Positions 25,035 to 35,221 of a stretch of DNA of 39,957 nucleotides are shown piece after piece. The first letter of the stretch is position 1; the number at the start of each line of letters is the position of its first letter. Source of the DNA: a virus (taxonomy: Duplodnaviria > Caudoviricetes); IMG/VR virus record IMGVR_UViG_3300029821_000130, positions 1-39,957 of that record; one strand, written 5' to 3'. The notes under the pieces were generated by a model that was given only the letters and a program-made list of their open reading frames with translations, was not told the origin of the DNA and made no database searches. The position numbers and the translations under genes are program-made.

Positions 25035-28000
25035 GCAGACAGGCAAAAATTGATGTAACCATCAATGGCGAACAGGCGAAAGCCAGGCTTGCCGAAATAA
25101 AAGAAGATCTCAAGCAGATTAAAATTCTGCGCGATAAAGCTGCAGCTGAAGGTGATACAAAGGGCTATTCGCAGCTGAATAATGAAATGAAAAAGCTCAC
25201 TTCTGAAGCAAGGAAACTTGAGAGGGCAAGTTTCGATGTCAACAGCGTTCTCAAAAATATGTCTGGTGCATCTCAGCTAGAACTTGAAAATGCGCTAAGG
25301 GCAGTTAATCGTGAAATGAAGGAAATGAAGCGCAATGATCCTGGTTTACTTGACAAGAAAGCACAGGCCGCAGCGCTCAGTACTGAGTTAGATAAGCTCA
25401 AGGGAAAAGCAACCCAATCCGGGATGAGTTTTGGAAAAATTGCAGATGGTTTTAATAAATACTTTGGTATGGCCACTGCTCTGGTCGCAACATTTACAGG
25501 TGTGATTTTTGGGTTTAAAAAATCGATTGATGAATTCAATCAATTTGAAAAAAAGGTTGATAATTTATCTGCACTTACAGGACTAACAGGGGAGAATCTT
25601 GAATATCTGACGGAGCAGGCTAGAAACCTATCAACAGAAACAATTCAGGGCAATATTAGAATTACAAAAAGTGCGGATGCAATTGTTGATGCTTATACTA
25701 AAGTAGGATCTAAACGGCCTGAATTGCTTGCAAACAAAGAGGCACTGAATGAAGTCACAAAAGAAGCAATGATTCTGGCTTCAGCTGCAGACTCAGAACT
25801 AGATCCTGCTGTTGACGCACTCACGATGACGTTGAACCAATTCAATGCATCTGCAGATGATTCGAGAAGGATTATTAATGTACTGGCTGCTGGTTCAAAA
25901 TTTGGTGCCGGAAATATTCCATATCTTACAACTGCAATTGAGAAATCAGGGACAGTTGCATCTGATGCAAATATCAGTATTGAAGAGTTGGTAGGTACGA
26001 TAGAAACACTGGCACCGCGAATGACTGCTCCGGAACAAGCGGGCACCGGTTTGCGAAATGTAATTTTGAAACTCCAGCAAAGTACTGAGGATGTAAATCC
26101 GGCTATTCAAGGATTGTTGCCGGCACTTGATAACCTGTCAAAGAAAAATCTATCAGTTGCTGAAATGTCGAAGCTGGTAGGGCTTGAAAACATTACAGTG
26201 TTAAAGATTTTGATGAACAACCGGGATGAATTGCAGAATTATACTGCAGCAGTTACCGGGACTTCAATTGCTCTTGAGCAAGCTGCAATCAATACTGATA
26301 ATAATGCTTCTAAACTTGAGCAAGCCAGAAATAGAGCTGCACTCATGCGTATAGAACTTGGAGAGAAGCTGGCTCCTGCTTTAACTTTTAGTACAAATAG
26401 TTTCAGCTATCTGGTTAAGGGTATCATGTCCTCAATCAAGATGTTTAACGATAACAGATCTATTATCCTGTCAACATTGGCGGCTATTGCGGCTTATACT
26501 GTTATTGTATATGGAGCTACTGCAGCTAAGAAAATTTATACAGCTGTAGTTACTATTGCAACTGCAGCAGTTAAGGCTTTCAATGTTGCAAGTAAATCTT
26601 CGCCATTTGGATTGATTGCCGGGGCAATTGCATTTGCTGTAACTTCCTGGATCACACTCAAAGATCAGATAAAGAGTACCACAAAAGAGCAGGAAGCTTA
26701 TAACGATATCCAGGCTGAAACAAAACGCCGCACAGTTGAAGAGGTTGGCGAAATGAAAAGGTTGTTTGATGCTCTTCGAGATCAAAATACCTCACAGGAA
26801 GTGCGTAAAGTTTTGATAAAGGATATTAATGAAAAATATAAAGATTACCTTCCAAACTTACTTACCGAGGAAAGCACTCTCTATGATATAAATAAGGCCT
26901 ATACAAATGTAAACAAGGCAATGCGCGAAAAAATTGAGTTCATGGTTAAAGAGTCTAAAGCAAGAGAAACATATTTAAAAATATACGAACTTGAATTAGA
27001 ATTTGAGCAAATTGCCGCTCAATCAGCAGCTGAATATAATAAAGAGAACGGTATTGTTGAAGGTGTGAGAGGTGCAGCTAGAAGCCGTGCATTGAACAAT
27101 TTACGTGAGGACATGAAAGAACTGTCTGCTTTATATGAAAAAATCATGACCGAAATAAACTATGGACCTCAGAATCATGACTATTCAGGTGGCAGAAAAA
27201 CTAAAGATGATGATGATGGCGGCGGCGGTGGCGGCGGCGGCGGAGATGATAAAAAGCTAAAAACCAAATACGAAAAGCTATCCGCTGATATTGCTAAAGC
27301 GAAGAAAGAACTTGAAGCTTATGCAGCTTCAGGCGACTCTGCAAATTCAAAAGCAGCGGGGGCTTTACTCAAGCAGCTCGAGGGACAAAAGCATGTAATA
27401 GACGGAATTATAAAAGCTGGAGGGAATGTTGAAACATATCTTGAAGGTCTCACAGATTCCACATTTGCTGAACTCGAGGAGCAAAATAAAGATTGGACAG
27501 AGTTTTATAAAACTCTGGAACCTGAAGCTAAGCGGTATTATGACAATCTTGCAGATTTACAAAAGCTAAAAACTGAAGGCGAAATAGCCAGCATTATCGC
27601 TACCCAGGAAGCTCATGAAAAATCGATTGAGGATAGGATTAAAAAAGAAGAAGAGTGGAGGAAGGCTGGTATTGACATTGCAAGTGACCTAGCAAATGCC
27701 GGTTTTGATATTTATTCGGATCGATTAGACAAAAAAACTGATGCCCAGCTCTCAGCATTGGACAGGCAAAGAAACAATGAACTTAAGAATGAAAAACTTA
27801 CCGAAGAGCAGCGCGAAGCAATCGATAAGAAGTTCAGAGCTCAGGAAGCAAAAATTAAACTCGAAGCCTGGAAAAAACAAAAACAGGCAGATGTAATTTC
27901 TTCATTGATAAAAACAGCTTTGGCTGTTGTCAATCAGCTCAGTGGTGGTGATCCCATTACTGCCCCAATCCGGGCTATTGCTGCCGGTGCTACGGGTTTA

Positions 28001-28468
28001 ATTCAAACCGGGATCATTATAGCTAAGAAACCACCTGAATTTAAATCCGGAGGTTTTACAGATAAATCCCTGAGCGATGATACTCCGGTAGGAGAGGTGC
28101 ATGCTAATGAGTTTGTGAATAATGCCGATGCGGTGCGAAATCCAACCATCAAGCCAATCCTGGATATTATCGATTACGCTCAGCGTGCAGGCACGGTCCG
28201 CAATATTAATCTTCCGGCGCTCATCGCATCGAAGGAAAAACAACTGAAGTCGGGCGGGTATACTTCAGCTGCAGATCAGAATTCAGCATCACTGCCACTG
28301 CCGGCCGATATTTCAGGATCTGCTATCCTGGTTAATGCTTTGAATAAATTTACACAGGCAGTTGACCGGCTTCAAGCCGATGGGATTGAAGCAAATGCCA
28401 AATGGGTGTATCAGGATTTTAAGAAGCTTCAGCAGAAAGAAGAATCGGCGATCAACGACACTATTTAA
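25031..28468 (+). CDS. Tail tape measure protein
   Basis: 1145 aa, Ala-rich and helical; TP901-type core (INVLAAGSKFGAG, AGTGLRNV); hydrophobic segments; C-terminal GGFT...GEVHANEFV. Confidence 0.92.
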   Translation: MSRQAKIDVTINGEQAKARLAEIKEDLKQIKILRDKAAAEGDTKGYSQLNNEMKKLTSEARKLERASFDVNSVLKNMSGASQLELENALRAVNREMKEMKRNDPGLLDKKAQAAALSTELDKLKGKATQSGMSFGKIADGFNKYFGMATALVATFTGVIFGFKKSIDEFNQFEKKVDNLSALTGLTGENLEYLTEQARNLSTETIQGNIRITKSADAIVDAYTKVGSKRPELLANKEALNEVTKEAMILASAADSELDPAVDALTMTLNQFNASADDSRRIINVLAAGSKFGAGNIPYLTTAIEKSGTVASDANISIEELVGTIETLAPRMTAPEQAGTGLRNVILKLQQSTEDVNPAIQGLLPALDNLSKKNLSVAEMSKLVGLENITVLKILMNNRDELQNYTAAVTGTSIALEQAAINTDNNASKLEQARNRAALMRIELGEKLAPALTFSTNSFSYLVKGIMSSIKMFNDNRSIILSTLAAIAAYTVIVYGATAAKKIYTAVVTIATAAVKAFNVASKSSPFGLIAGAIAFAVTSWITLKDQIKSTTKEQEAYNDIQAETKRRTVEEVGEMKRLFDALRDQNTSQEVRKVLIKDINEKYKDYLPNLLTEESTLYDINKAYTNVNKAMREKIEFMVKESKARETYLKIYELELEFEQIAAQSAAEYNKENGIVEGVRGAARSRALNNLREDMKELSALYEKIMTEINYGPQNHDYSGGRKTKDDDDGGGGGGGGGDDKKLKTKYEKLSADIAKAKKELEAYAASGDSANSKAAGALLKQLEGQKHVIDGIIKAGGNVETYLEGLTDSTFAELEEQNKDWTEFYKTLEPEAKRYYDNLADLQKLKTEGEIASIIATQEAHEKSIEDRIKKEEEWRKAGIDIASDLANAGFDIYSDRLDKKTDAQLSALDRQRNNELKNEKLTEEQREAIDKKFRAQEAKIKLEAWKKQKQADVISSLIKTALAVVNQLSGGDPITAPIRAIAAGATGLIQTGIIIAKKPPEFKSGGFTDKSLSDDTPVGEVHANEFVNNADAVRNPTIKPILDIIDYAQRAGTVRNINLPALIASKEKQLKSGGYTSAADQNSASLPLPADISGSAILVNALNKFTQAVDRLQADGIEANAKWVYQDFKKLQQKEESAINDTI

Positions 28469-28472
28469 GTAT

Positions 28473-28507
28473 GTCCTTTAATTTTAATCACCAGAGCATT
28501 AAACTTG
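28473..28507 (+). promoter_or_regulatory. Putative late promoter 4 (GTCCTTT-N20-TAAACTTG)
   Basis: Motif copy ending 4 nt before ATG 28512. Confidence 0.7.
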
Positions 28508-28511
28508 CAAT

Positions 28512-29660
28512 ATGTTTGCTATAACCTCTTCCCCTTTAGCTTTATCTTTAACTGGCATGCCACTGCCTTTCACAATTGCGAGCGATCGCGATGAAGATGA
28601 TTACCGGATTATGGCTCTGCCTTTCCCTGGAGATCCCGGGGCACCGGTTGATATTATCAAAAGAGGCGGATACTCAGATGTGCATTTTGAACTGTCCGAA
28701 TATTTTTTCAATAAAAGGATCTCTGAGTATTCAAGCCTGTCTTCTGCAGTGCATCAGGATGCATGTCAGCAAGCAACAATTGCTTTTGAAGAGTATTACG
28801 GAAATCCCCCTTCCGGAAGCAATCAAATTACCTGGACTGGATTGCTGATTGGCGGCAGAATTCCAAGGTGGAAGCAATATGAGTTTAACTCATTATACCC
28901 GAGCTTCAGCAATTGGATTACAACAGCAAAGCCATTTCTTACATTTGCTCCCCGCACTGGCAAAAGGGTACAACCCGATCAGCCTGAAAGGCTTTACTGG
29001 CTGAATACTCTTTCAGCAACTCCAGCAACACTCACACTTATTTGCGGTGTTTACTTTACCGATGGCTCATTTGTTCTTTATGATCCCGGCGTTAGCCTGG
29101 CAACAAACCCAAACACTGTAGTTTCATTTGCAACTGGTTTTGCCCAGCTGGGCATAAATACCTGGATAGCGGCAAATCATCCAGGAAAGGTTGTAACGAA
29201 TTATTATGTACAGGTTAGAAACAATGGCGGAGCTGCAGTAAGCGAAGCATTTTTATATACGCTTGATCATAACGATTACGCATATAAACGTTACCTGATA
29301 TTTAAAAACAGCCTCGTAGGTTATGATTGTATTGCACTCACAGGTGAAGCCGATGAGTTCACCGATATTGAGCGATTTACAGCTGAGCGGGTACCAGATG
29401 TAAATTTTCCAACCCGGCTTCATAAAACAGAGTATAAGAGTATTGCCTCTGAAGTAGTAAAAGTAAACACCGGATTTTTGAGCAATGACGAGCGCAACTG
29501 GCTCAACGAATTATACCTGAGTAGCGAAATTTATGAGGTTAGTGGATCTAATCTTATCAGGATCCTCATTAAATCAAAGCAGTTGGAACGGTCAAAAAGA
29601 ATCTTTGAGCCCGGAAGTGTTGAAATTGAGTATGAACGCTTATTCCTGGCTGAGAAATGA
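28512..29660 (+). CDS. Tail/baseplate structural protein (distal-tail-like)
   Basis: Beta-rich, follows the tape measure gene; C-terminal FKNSLVGYD...VNTGFL...WLNELYLS. Confidence 0.65.
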   Translation: MFAITSSPLALSLTGMPLPFTIASDRDEDDYRIMALPFPGDPGAPVDIIKRGGYSDVHFELSEYFFNKRISEYSSLSSAVHQDACQQATIAFEEYYGNPPSGSNQITWTGLLIGGRIPRWKQYEFNSLYPSFSNWITTAKPFLTFAPRTGKRVQPDQPERLYWLNTLSATPATLTLICGVYFTDGSFVLYDPGVSLATNPNTVVSFATGFAQLGINTWIAANHPGKVVTNYYVQVRNNGGAAVSEAFLYTLDHNDYAYKRYLIFKNSLVGYDCIALTGEADEFTDIERFTAERVPDVNFPTRLHKTEYKSIASEVVKVNTGFLSNDERNWLNELYLSSEIYEVSGSNLIRILIKSKQLERSKRIFEPGSVEIEYERLFLAEK

Positions 29661-30160
29661 GTTACTGGAAAACACTTCTTTCTCGAGTAAGCGGGTTCAG
29701 GCCCCGGGCAAACCAAATGGACGAGCAAACATTTGGCTGGAATGTTCGTGATGGCAAATGGTTTGGACTGAAGGTATCATCAACCGGTGTAAGGCAGGTA
29801 GTTGAATTGACAGGATCTGCACCAGGAAGTTCAGATCCGCACCTCCGGGCACACCAAATCGATTCACTTGAAGATCACCCACCAGTACCGGAAGAAAATC
29901 GAAATAAACTCGTTGCCACCAATGCTGAAACAGGCGCAATCGAATTAATTGCAAAGGGTAGTCTTGACAAAACATTCCGGTTTTCACAGAGTATGCCCGA
30001 CAGCACATGGCAAGTTAATCACAACCTTGAAAAATATCCGGCCGTATCTATAACCGACACTTCAGGTAATGAAGTGGAAGGGGAGGTTCGGCATATTGAT
30101 CAAAACAACTTAGTATTAAACTTCTCAGCCGCCTTTGCCGGGTATGCTGATTTAAATTAA
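29657..30160 (+). CDS. Tail fibre-associated protein
   Basis: C-terminal W.VNHNL..P.VSI.D..G.EVEG.V domain resembles the C-terminus of the next gene product. Confidence 0.6.
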   Translation: MSYWKTLLSRVSGFRPRANQMDEQTFGWNVRDGKWFGLKVSSTGVRQVVELTGSAPGSSDPHLRAHQIDSLEDHPPVPEENRNKLVATNAETGAIELIAKGSLDKTFRFSQSMPDSTWQVNHNLEKYPAVSITDTSGNEVEGEVRHIDQNNLVLNFSAAFAGYADLN

Positions 30161-30166
30161 AAACAC

Positions 30167-31351
30167 ATGGGACGTAAAGTTTTCCTGGTCGATATCGACC
30201 TTAATCGAAATCAACTGGTTCAGGTTCGTATTGAGAATCTGGCTACAGCTCCAGCCGGTCCAGTGGCAGGGCAAATCTACTTTGATACAACACTAAATAA
30301 ACTCAGGGTTTGGTCAGGTACAGCCTGGTTAACCATGGATGATTTGAATGATCCACGTACTCCAACGAGTCACGTTCTTGCAACGGCCACAGCTCTTGGG
30401 GCTGAGCATACTATTTCCGGGGCTTCTGTTGGGCATGTTCTTCGGGCTTTCAGTGCAACTGAAGCCAGGATGCAACAACTTGCGCACTCTGATTTGAGCG
30501 AAATTGGAAGCAATAGTCACGCTCAGATCGATACTCACATCGGGACTGCTAATATTCACCGGGAGTTGAATGATGCACTCACATCAACGACAAACCTGTG
30601 GTCAGCACAAAAGATCAATGATCTTATAAGTGCATTACAAAATGCAGTCACTGGTGCTCTTGTTTTCAAAGGAGGCTATGATGCTGCAACGAACACTCCT
30701 AATCTGGATTCATCACCACCGGCAGGTACAGTTTTGCAAGGTTATACTTACGTTGTAACTGTTGCTGGTAACTTTTATACCGAAGCTGTGCAGGTTGGCG
30801 ACATGGTAATTGCTAAGCAGGATAATCCATCAGCTCTCGGACACTGGACACTTGTAAATAAGAATATCCCGGATATCCTTGATGCAAGCGAAACTCAAAA
30901 AGGTATTGTTGAGCTGGCCACTGGTGCTGAATCATTGACCGGTACTGATAACACCCGGGCTGTTCATCCGGCTGGATTGAAATATACCCTGGACAATAGA
31001 CCAGCAACTGAAACTGTCAGGGGTTTGATAGAATTAGCAACTCAGGCAGAAGCTAATACTGGAACAGATGCCGAGAGAGCAATTACTCCGGCCACTCTTA
31101 AGGGTGTATTAGCTACAACCGGGACATTAACTCTGGCAAGAAAATACACTCAGTTACTTACAACCAGTGCATCCAGTTACACGATTACACACGGACTTGC
31201 TACACAGAACGTATCAGTGAGTGTTCGTGATACGGCCACTCCTTTTGCCGAGGTCGAAGTTGATGTTACGATTCCGAATGCAACAACAGTGGTAATTGCT
31301 TTTAACACTGCTCCAGTTGCAAACAAGTATCAGGTAGCAATAATCGGTTAA
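30167..31351 (+). CDS. Tail fibre protein
   Basis: Duplicated fibre repeats ASETQKGIVELAT / ATETVRGLIELAT; Thr/Ala-rich. Confidence 0.75.
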   Translation: MGRKVFLVDIDLNRNQLVQVRIENLATAPAGPVAGQIYFDTTLNKLRVWSGTAWLTMDDLNDPRTPTSHVLATATALGAEHTISGASVGHVLRAFSATEARMQQLAHSDLSEIGSNSHAQIDTHIGTANIHRELNDALTSTTNLWSAQKINDLISALQNAVTGALVFKGGYDAATNTPNLDSSPPAGTVLQGYTYVVTVAGNFYTEAVQVGDMVIAKQDNPSALGHWTLVNKNIPDILDASETQKGIVELATGAESLTGTDNTRAVHPAGLKYTLDNRPATETVRGLIELATQAEANTGTDAERAITPATLKGVLATTGTLTLARKYTQLLTTSASSYTITHGLATQNVSVSVRDTATPFAEVEVDVTIPNATTVVIAFNTAPVANKYQVAIIG

Positions 31352-31355
31352 TGCT

Positions 31356-32654
31356 ATGCCTTCGAAGAAAATCTTAGTTCAGGAAGATCACGTGTTTGTT
31401 CCTTTAGCAAACGTACCTTCATCTGGTTTCTTAGCATTTTATCCAAAATCGGATAATAATTTCTACCTCAAAACAGCAGCAGGCGTAGAGAAGATGTTTG
31501 TTGCTGTCTCTGAATTTGCAGGTAACGGAGATACATTGGTATTTAATGGTTCAAACTGGATAAACAACAACTACATAAGGTCTGAGGTAGGAGAAAATTA
31601 CAACTCAATTTACCTGATTTCAAACGATATTGATGGTGATTTTGGTGATACTGAGATTTACTTTAGCTGTGAAGAAGGCATTAGCCTTATGACTAACAAG
31701 GGGAAGCCTAATGTTCATGGTGTTGCAATAGACTATCTAGGTATTAGGAGTTCTAAACTTACAGGGGTTGGCGAAAGGTATTTGGTTGCAGATTCGCAAG
31801 GTTATATAAAAGTTGCTACTACCCCGATTGATAATTATTGGCAGCTTTCCGGGGGCTTTTTATCCCCAATATCATCAAACAATCATTTGTCTGTAAATGA
31901 GAATCAAATAGAGGCAGGGTATTTGAAACTAACAAGTGAGGCCACTTCTTATGTCCGTCTTATGCGTTACCGGTTGTCAGGCGGAGTTCCAACTACATTA
32001 TTGAACGGGGACTCCTTGGGATCGCTGGAATTCTATGCATCTGATGCTAACGGGTATGCAAACGGAGCCATTATTAAAGCCGCAGCAGTAGGGAACCATG
32101 CTGAGAAAAGTTACCCATCCTCTCTGGAATTTCATACATGCCCAACAGGGGGGAGTAATCCTGAAATTAGAATGACAATCAGAGAAACTGGTCTGGTTCA
32201 GATTAATAAAGGATTAACGGTTAACTATGCCCAGCAAGGAAGTAGCCTTACTGTAATGGGGCAATCGACAGGTTTGTCTTTTATAGCAACAAGCGGTGGA
32301 CAGGTTGCCATTAATCAAAACCCGCTTCCATCTACCCTTAACGTTGGAGGAAGCTTGTCGTTAAAAAGCAGGTATATAACGGCTGCAAACCAAACGTTAA
32401 GTTCTAATGAATTTATGATTTATCTGAATGCAGGGGCAACGAGCCTTTATCTCCCTGCGGCAAATGGATCATCCGATAGATTGTATTTTGTTGCAAACGC
32501 AAGCGCATCTTCTGTAACTCTGCGCGTCCCCTCTGGAGATTCCTTAAACAATGTCCTCAATGGCACTTTCAGCATAAAAGGGGCAGGCTTTACAATAATT
32601 CTCCAGGGAGCCTCAATTAGTGGAGCCGGCTGGTTTGCTTACGAATTAAGATAA
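31356..32654 (+). CDS. Tail fibre / receptor-binding protein (probable)
   Basis: Gly/Ser/Asn-rich beta protein with fibre-type segments (EIRMTIRETGLVQI, STLNVGGSL). Confidence 0.65.
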   Translation: MPSKKILVQEDHVFVPLANVPSSGFLAFYPKSDNNFYLKTAAGVEKMFVAVSEFAGNGDTLVFNGSNWINNNYIRSEVGENYNSIYLISNDIDGDFGDTEIYFSCEEGISLMTNKGKPNVHGVAIDYLGIRSSKLTGVGERYLVADSQGYIKVATTPIDNYWQLSGGFLSPISSNNHLSVNENQIEAGYLKLTSEATSYVRLMRYRLSGGVPTTLLNGDSLGSLEFYASDANGYANGAIIKAAAVGNHAEKSYPSSLEFHTCPTGGSNPEIRMTIRETGLVQINKGLTVNYAQQGSSLTVMGQSTGLSFIATSGGQVAINQNPLPSTLNVGGSLSLKSRYITAANQTLSSNEFMIYLNAGATSLYLPAANGSSDRLYFVANASASSVTLRVPSGDSLNNVLNGTFSIKGAGFTIILQGASISGAGWFAYELR

Positions 32655-32676
32655 AACACATCAAACTTTTAAACTA

Positions 32677-33000
32677 ATGAAAAAACTAAAACTGAACATC
32701 AAAGAACGGGTAATCCTTTCTGACATTCTTCCACAGCAGGGAAGTAAACTTCAACAAATCATAGTTCGGAGCATCGCCCGAAAGACTGAATTTACGTCTG
32801 AAGAAATTGACGCATTCGGGTTGACTTTCACCGCCCAGGGAATTGGGTGGAATGAAAAGGCAAAATCAGCTGAGTTTGAATTTGAAGTGAGCGATTCAGA
32901 GCTGAGCGTGCTCAAAGAAGCTGCTTCGCTGATAGACAAAGAAAACAGGGTTACCCAGCACAATCTGAGTCTTTTAGAAAAGATTGAGGGATTGAGTTAA
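32677..33000 (+). CDS. Small protein after the fibre genes (possible fibre chaperone)
   Basis: 107 aa; the call is positional. Confidence 0.7.
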   Translation: MKKLKLNIKERVILSDILPQQGSKLQQIIVRSIARKTEFTSEEIDAFGLTFTAQGIGWNEKAKSAEFEFEVSDSELSVLKEAASLIDKENRVTQHNLSLLEKIEGLS

Positions 33001-33020
33001 AAAAGAAAAATTTAAAACTT

Positions 33021-33046
33021 ATCAGGCAGCTGGTTGGCTGCCTGAT
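33021..33046. terminator. Hairpin, possibly a bidirectional terminator
   Basis: ATCAGGCAGC / GCTGCCTGAT stem; the T tail is short. Confidence 0.5.
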
Positions 33047-33058
33047 TTGCATTACATC

Positions 33059-33385
33059 ATGTCTCTCATCAACGACATAATCAACAGGCATATAGACGAC
33101 CGCAAAGGTCAGCATGTGTTTATCAGCCGGCAGCAAATAGCTGCTATCTGCAGGGATTATGCCAATACAGTAAATTCCAAGCCAAGTCCGGAAAACAAAA
33201 GAAGAAAAGTATCTCATTTTGTACATGGCTATTTATTAGGTTACAAGCATCGCTCAAACATAGAATATAATGATACAATGCGTTTATACTGGTTGCGATA
33301 TGTGGCACCGGAGACAGAAAGAAAAGCAGCTGAGATCGAATTGAGGAATTTGGAGATCGTGGAGCCGGAAGTGATCATAAAATAA
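33059..33385 (+). CDS. Hypothetical basic protein
   Basis: Likely start ATG 33059. Confidence 0.55.
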   Translation: MSLINDIINRHIDDRKGQHVFISRQQIAAICRDYANTVNSKPSPENKRRKVSHFVHGYLLGYKHRSNIEYNDTMRLYWLRYVAPETERKAAEIELRNLEIVEPEVIIK

Positions 33386-33435
33386 ATAGACTCTTAGTAT
33401 TTTTTTATATCTTTCGGCAATTAATCATTATTTTT

Positions 33436-34113
33436 ATGAGTATACCAAACAATACACTTTATTTAAGTGAAGTCGTGAAGTACTTTTCGGGTGTCCAAAA
33501 AATAATTTCAAGCGCCAGTTATTGTGTTCACAACCTCAGAGAATTGTCCAATCATCCGGAAGGAACTGAAAGCCTCAATTTTAAAGTAAAGCAGATGCTT
33601 TTTTTTAAATATTATGCTCATCAGATGTTTTTTATTTCGGTAGTAGAATTGACAAAGCTTTATGCCCAAAATGGAGATAACCATCATTTTTGCTTCAAAC
33701 AATTTTTTCATAGACTTGAAAATTGGGAGTATGGCGAGGACCTTAAAAATCTGCTCAAATCAAATATAGTTAGCCCTGATGCCATTGACCAAGGCCTTAC
33801 TAAACATCTGCACACTTCAAAAGAATCTATAGTATCACAATTAATCTCTTTAAAAAAGCAGTTGGATGAAAATTCTGAATCAATACAAAAGGTGTTAACA
33901 CATAGAAGTAAGCTATATGCTCATTATGATAAGAATGTCTCGAAACTCACATTGTCAATTTCTTTAAATGACATAGAGTGTTTATTAGAACTTGCTAAGT
34001 CTATTTACTATAATTTGCATGGTCGAATATATTACACGGAAACTAATTTTGATTTTCCAGAACCCAAAATTAAAAGTATCATTCAAATGATTGAGAAAGG
34101 ATATTATTTGTGA
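33436..34113 (+). CDS. HEPN-domain protein, AbiU2-like (putative RNase / abortive infection)
   Basis: All-helical; ELTKLY and RSKLYAHYD (R-x5-H-x-D) HEPN motif; AT-rich gene. Confidence 0.65.
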   Translation: MSIPNNTLYLSEVVKYFSGVQKIISSASYCVHNLRELSNHPEGTESLNFKVKQMLFFKYYAHQMFFISVVELTKLYAQNGDNHHFCFKQFFHRLENWEYGEDLKNLLKSNIVSPDAIDQGLTKHLHTSKESIVSQLISLKKQLDENSESIQKVLTHRSKLYAHYDKNVSKLTLSISLNDIECLLELAKSIYYNLHGRIYYTETNFDFPEPKIKSIIQMIEKGYYL

Positions 34114-34174
34114 AACCTTAATTATAAGATTAAAAATATTGTAAATTGCACATTATTAATCTAAACCTATCATT

Positions 34175-34705
34175 ATGAAAAAGATGTTACTATCTATCGC
34201 TTTTATTATGGCGGTAACGTGCAATTTCGCACAAAGCAAACAAGAGCTAAAGCTAATGATCTCATCTCTTGAAAATCGATTAGAGGTATTAAACAGTAAA
34301 TTTCAATCTCTTGAGAGAACCGTTAATTCTCAGGATTTAGAGATTACAAACCTAAAGTCAAAACTTGCCGAAACTCAAAGTAATGTGTTAAATCTGGCGG
34401 GAAAAGTTGGAGAAAAAACTGAAGTGGTCCCGGAAACCAAAACCGCTTCAAACAAAGGTAGATGCAAGGCAATTACAGCAAGCGGAAATCAGTGTTCAAG
34501 AGATGCCCAGGACGGTTCAGAGTATTGCTGGCAGCATGTTAAAACATATGATCCTAAAAGCACCTCTACTTCAGGTTCTGTAAAATCATCTACAAAATCA
34601 TCTTCTTCAGGTTCCGCCACTGGATCCGGGCGCACTATTCACACGGGTCCTCGCGGAGGTAAGTATTACATAAACAGCAATGGTAAAAAGGTTTACGTAA
34701 AATAA
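34175..34705 (+). CDS. Secreted coiled-coil protein with C3H Zn-finger (DUF5763-like) and PBCV-specific basic adaptor domain
   Basis: Signal peptide; CKAITASGNQCSR...YCWQH; Ser/Thr linker; IHTGPRGGKYYINSNGKKVYV. Confidence 0.7.
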   Translation: MKKMLLSIAFIMAVTCNFAQSKQELKLMISSLENRLEVLNSKFQSLERTVNSQDLEITNLKSKLAETQSNVLNLAGKVGEKTEVVPETKTASNKGRCKAITASGNQCSRDAQDGSEYCWQHVKTYDPKSTSTSGSVKSSTKSSSSGSATGSGRTIHTGPRGGKYYINSNGKKVYVK

Positions 34706-34712
34706 TGATGTT

Positions 34713-35165
34713 ATGAAGATACTTTCATTAATAATACTCCTGCTGCTTTCATTTCAGCAGGAAGTAATAACGGGCAAAGTAATTGGCGTAACCGATGGCG
34801 ACTCTGTTGTTCTATTGCTTGAAGACAAAACTCAACTGAAGGTGAGACTTGAGGGCATTGATTGCCCCGAAAGCCATCAGGATTATGGCGAAAAAGCAAA
34901 ACAGGAAACTGTTAGGCTATGCTTTCAAAAAGAAGTAACACTCCACAAAACAGGCCTGGACCGCTATGGCCGAACACTTGGTTTTATTTTTGTTGGAGAT
35001 ACAAATGTAAACCGTGAGCTGGTGCGAACCGGCTATGCATGGCATTACAAAAAATACAGCAAAGATCCTGATCTTGCTGAGTTGGAGCGAAATGCCCGAT
35101 CTCAACGGCTTGGATTGTGGTCGCAACCCAATCCTGAAGCTCCATGGGATTTCCGGCATAAATAG
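34713..35165 (+). CDS. Secreted thermonuclease (SNase-like)
   Basis: VTDGDS, VRLEGIDCPE, DRYGRTLG, NRELVRTGYAW, GLWS...PWDFR; hydrophobic N-terminus. Confidence 0.93.
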   Translation: MKILSLIILLLLSFQQEVITGKVIGVTDGDSVVLLLEDKTQLKVRLEGIDCPESHQDYGEKAKQETVRLCFQKEVTLHKTGLDRYGRTLGFIFVGDTNVNRELVRTGYAWHYKKYSKDPDLAELERNARSQRLGLWSQPNPEAPWDFRHK

Positions 35166-35170
35166 CTTAT

Positions 35171-35205
35171 GTCCTTTGAAAGCGGCTCCGGCCGCTTTTT
35201 CTTTG
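35171..35205 (+). promoter_or_regulatory. Putative late promoter 5 (GTCCTTT-N20-TTTCTTTG) overlapping a terminator hairpin
   Basis: Motif copy whose spacer forms AAAGCGGC-TCCG-GCCGCTTT followed by T residues. Confidence 0.6.
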
Positions 35206-35221
35206 TGATAAATTCACAAAG

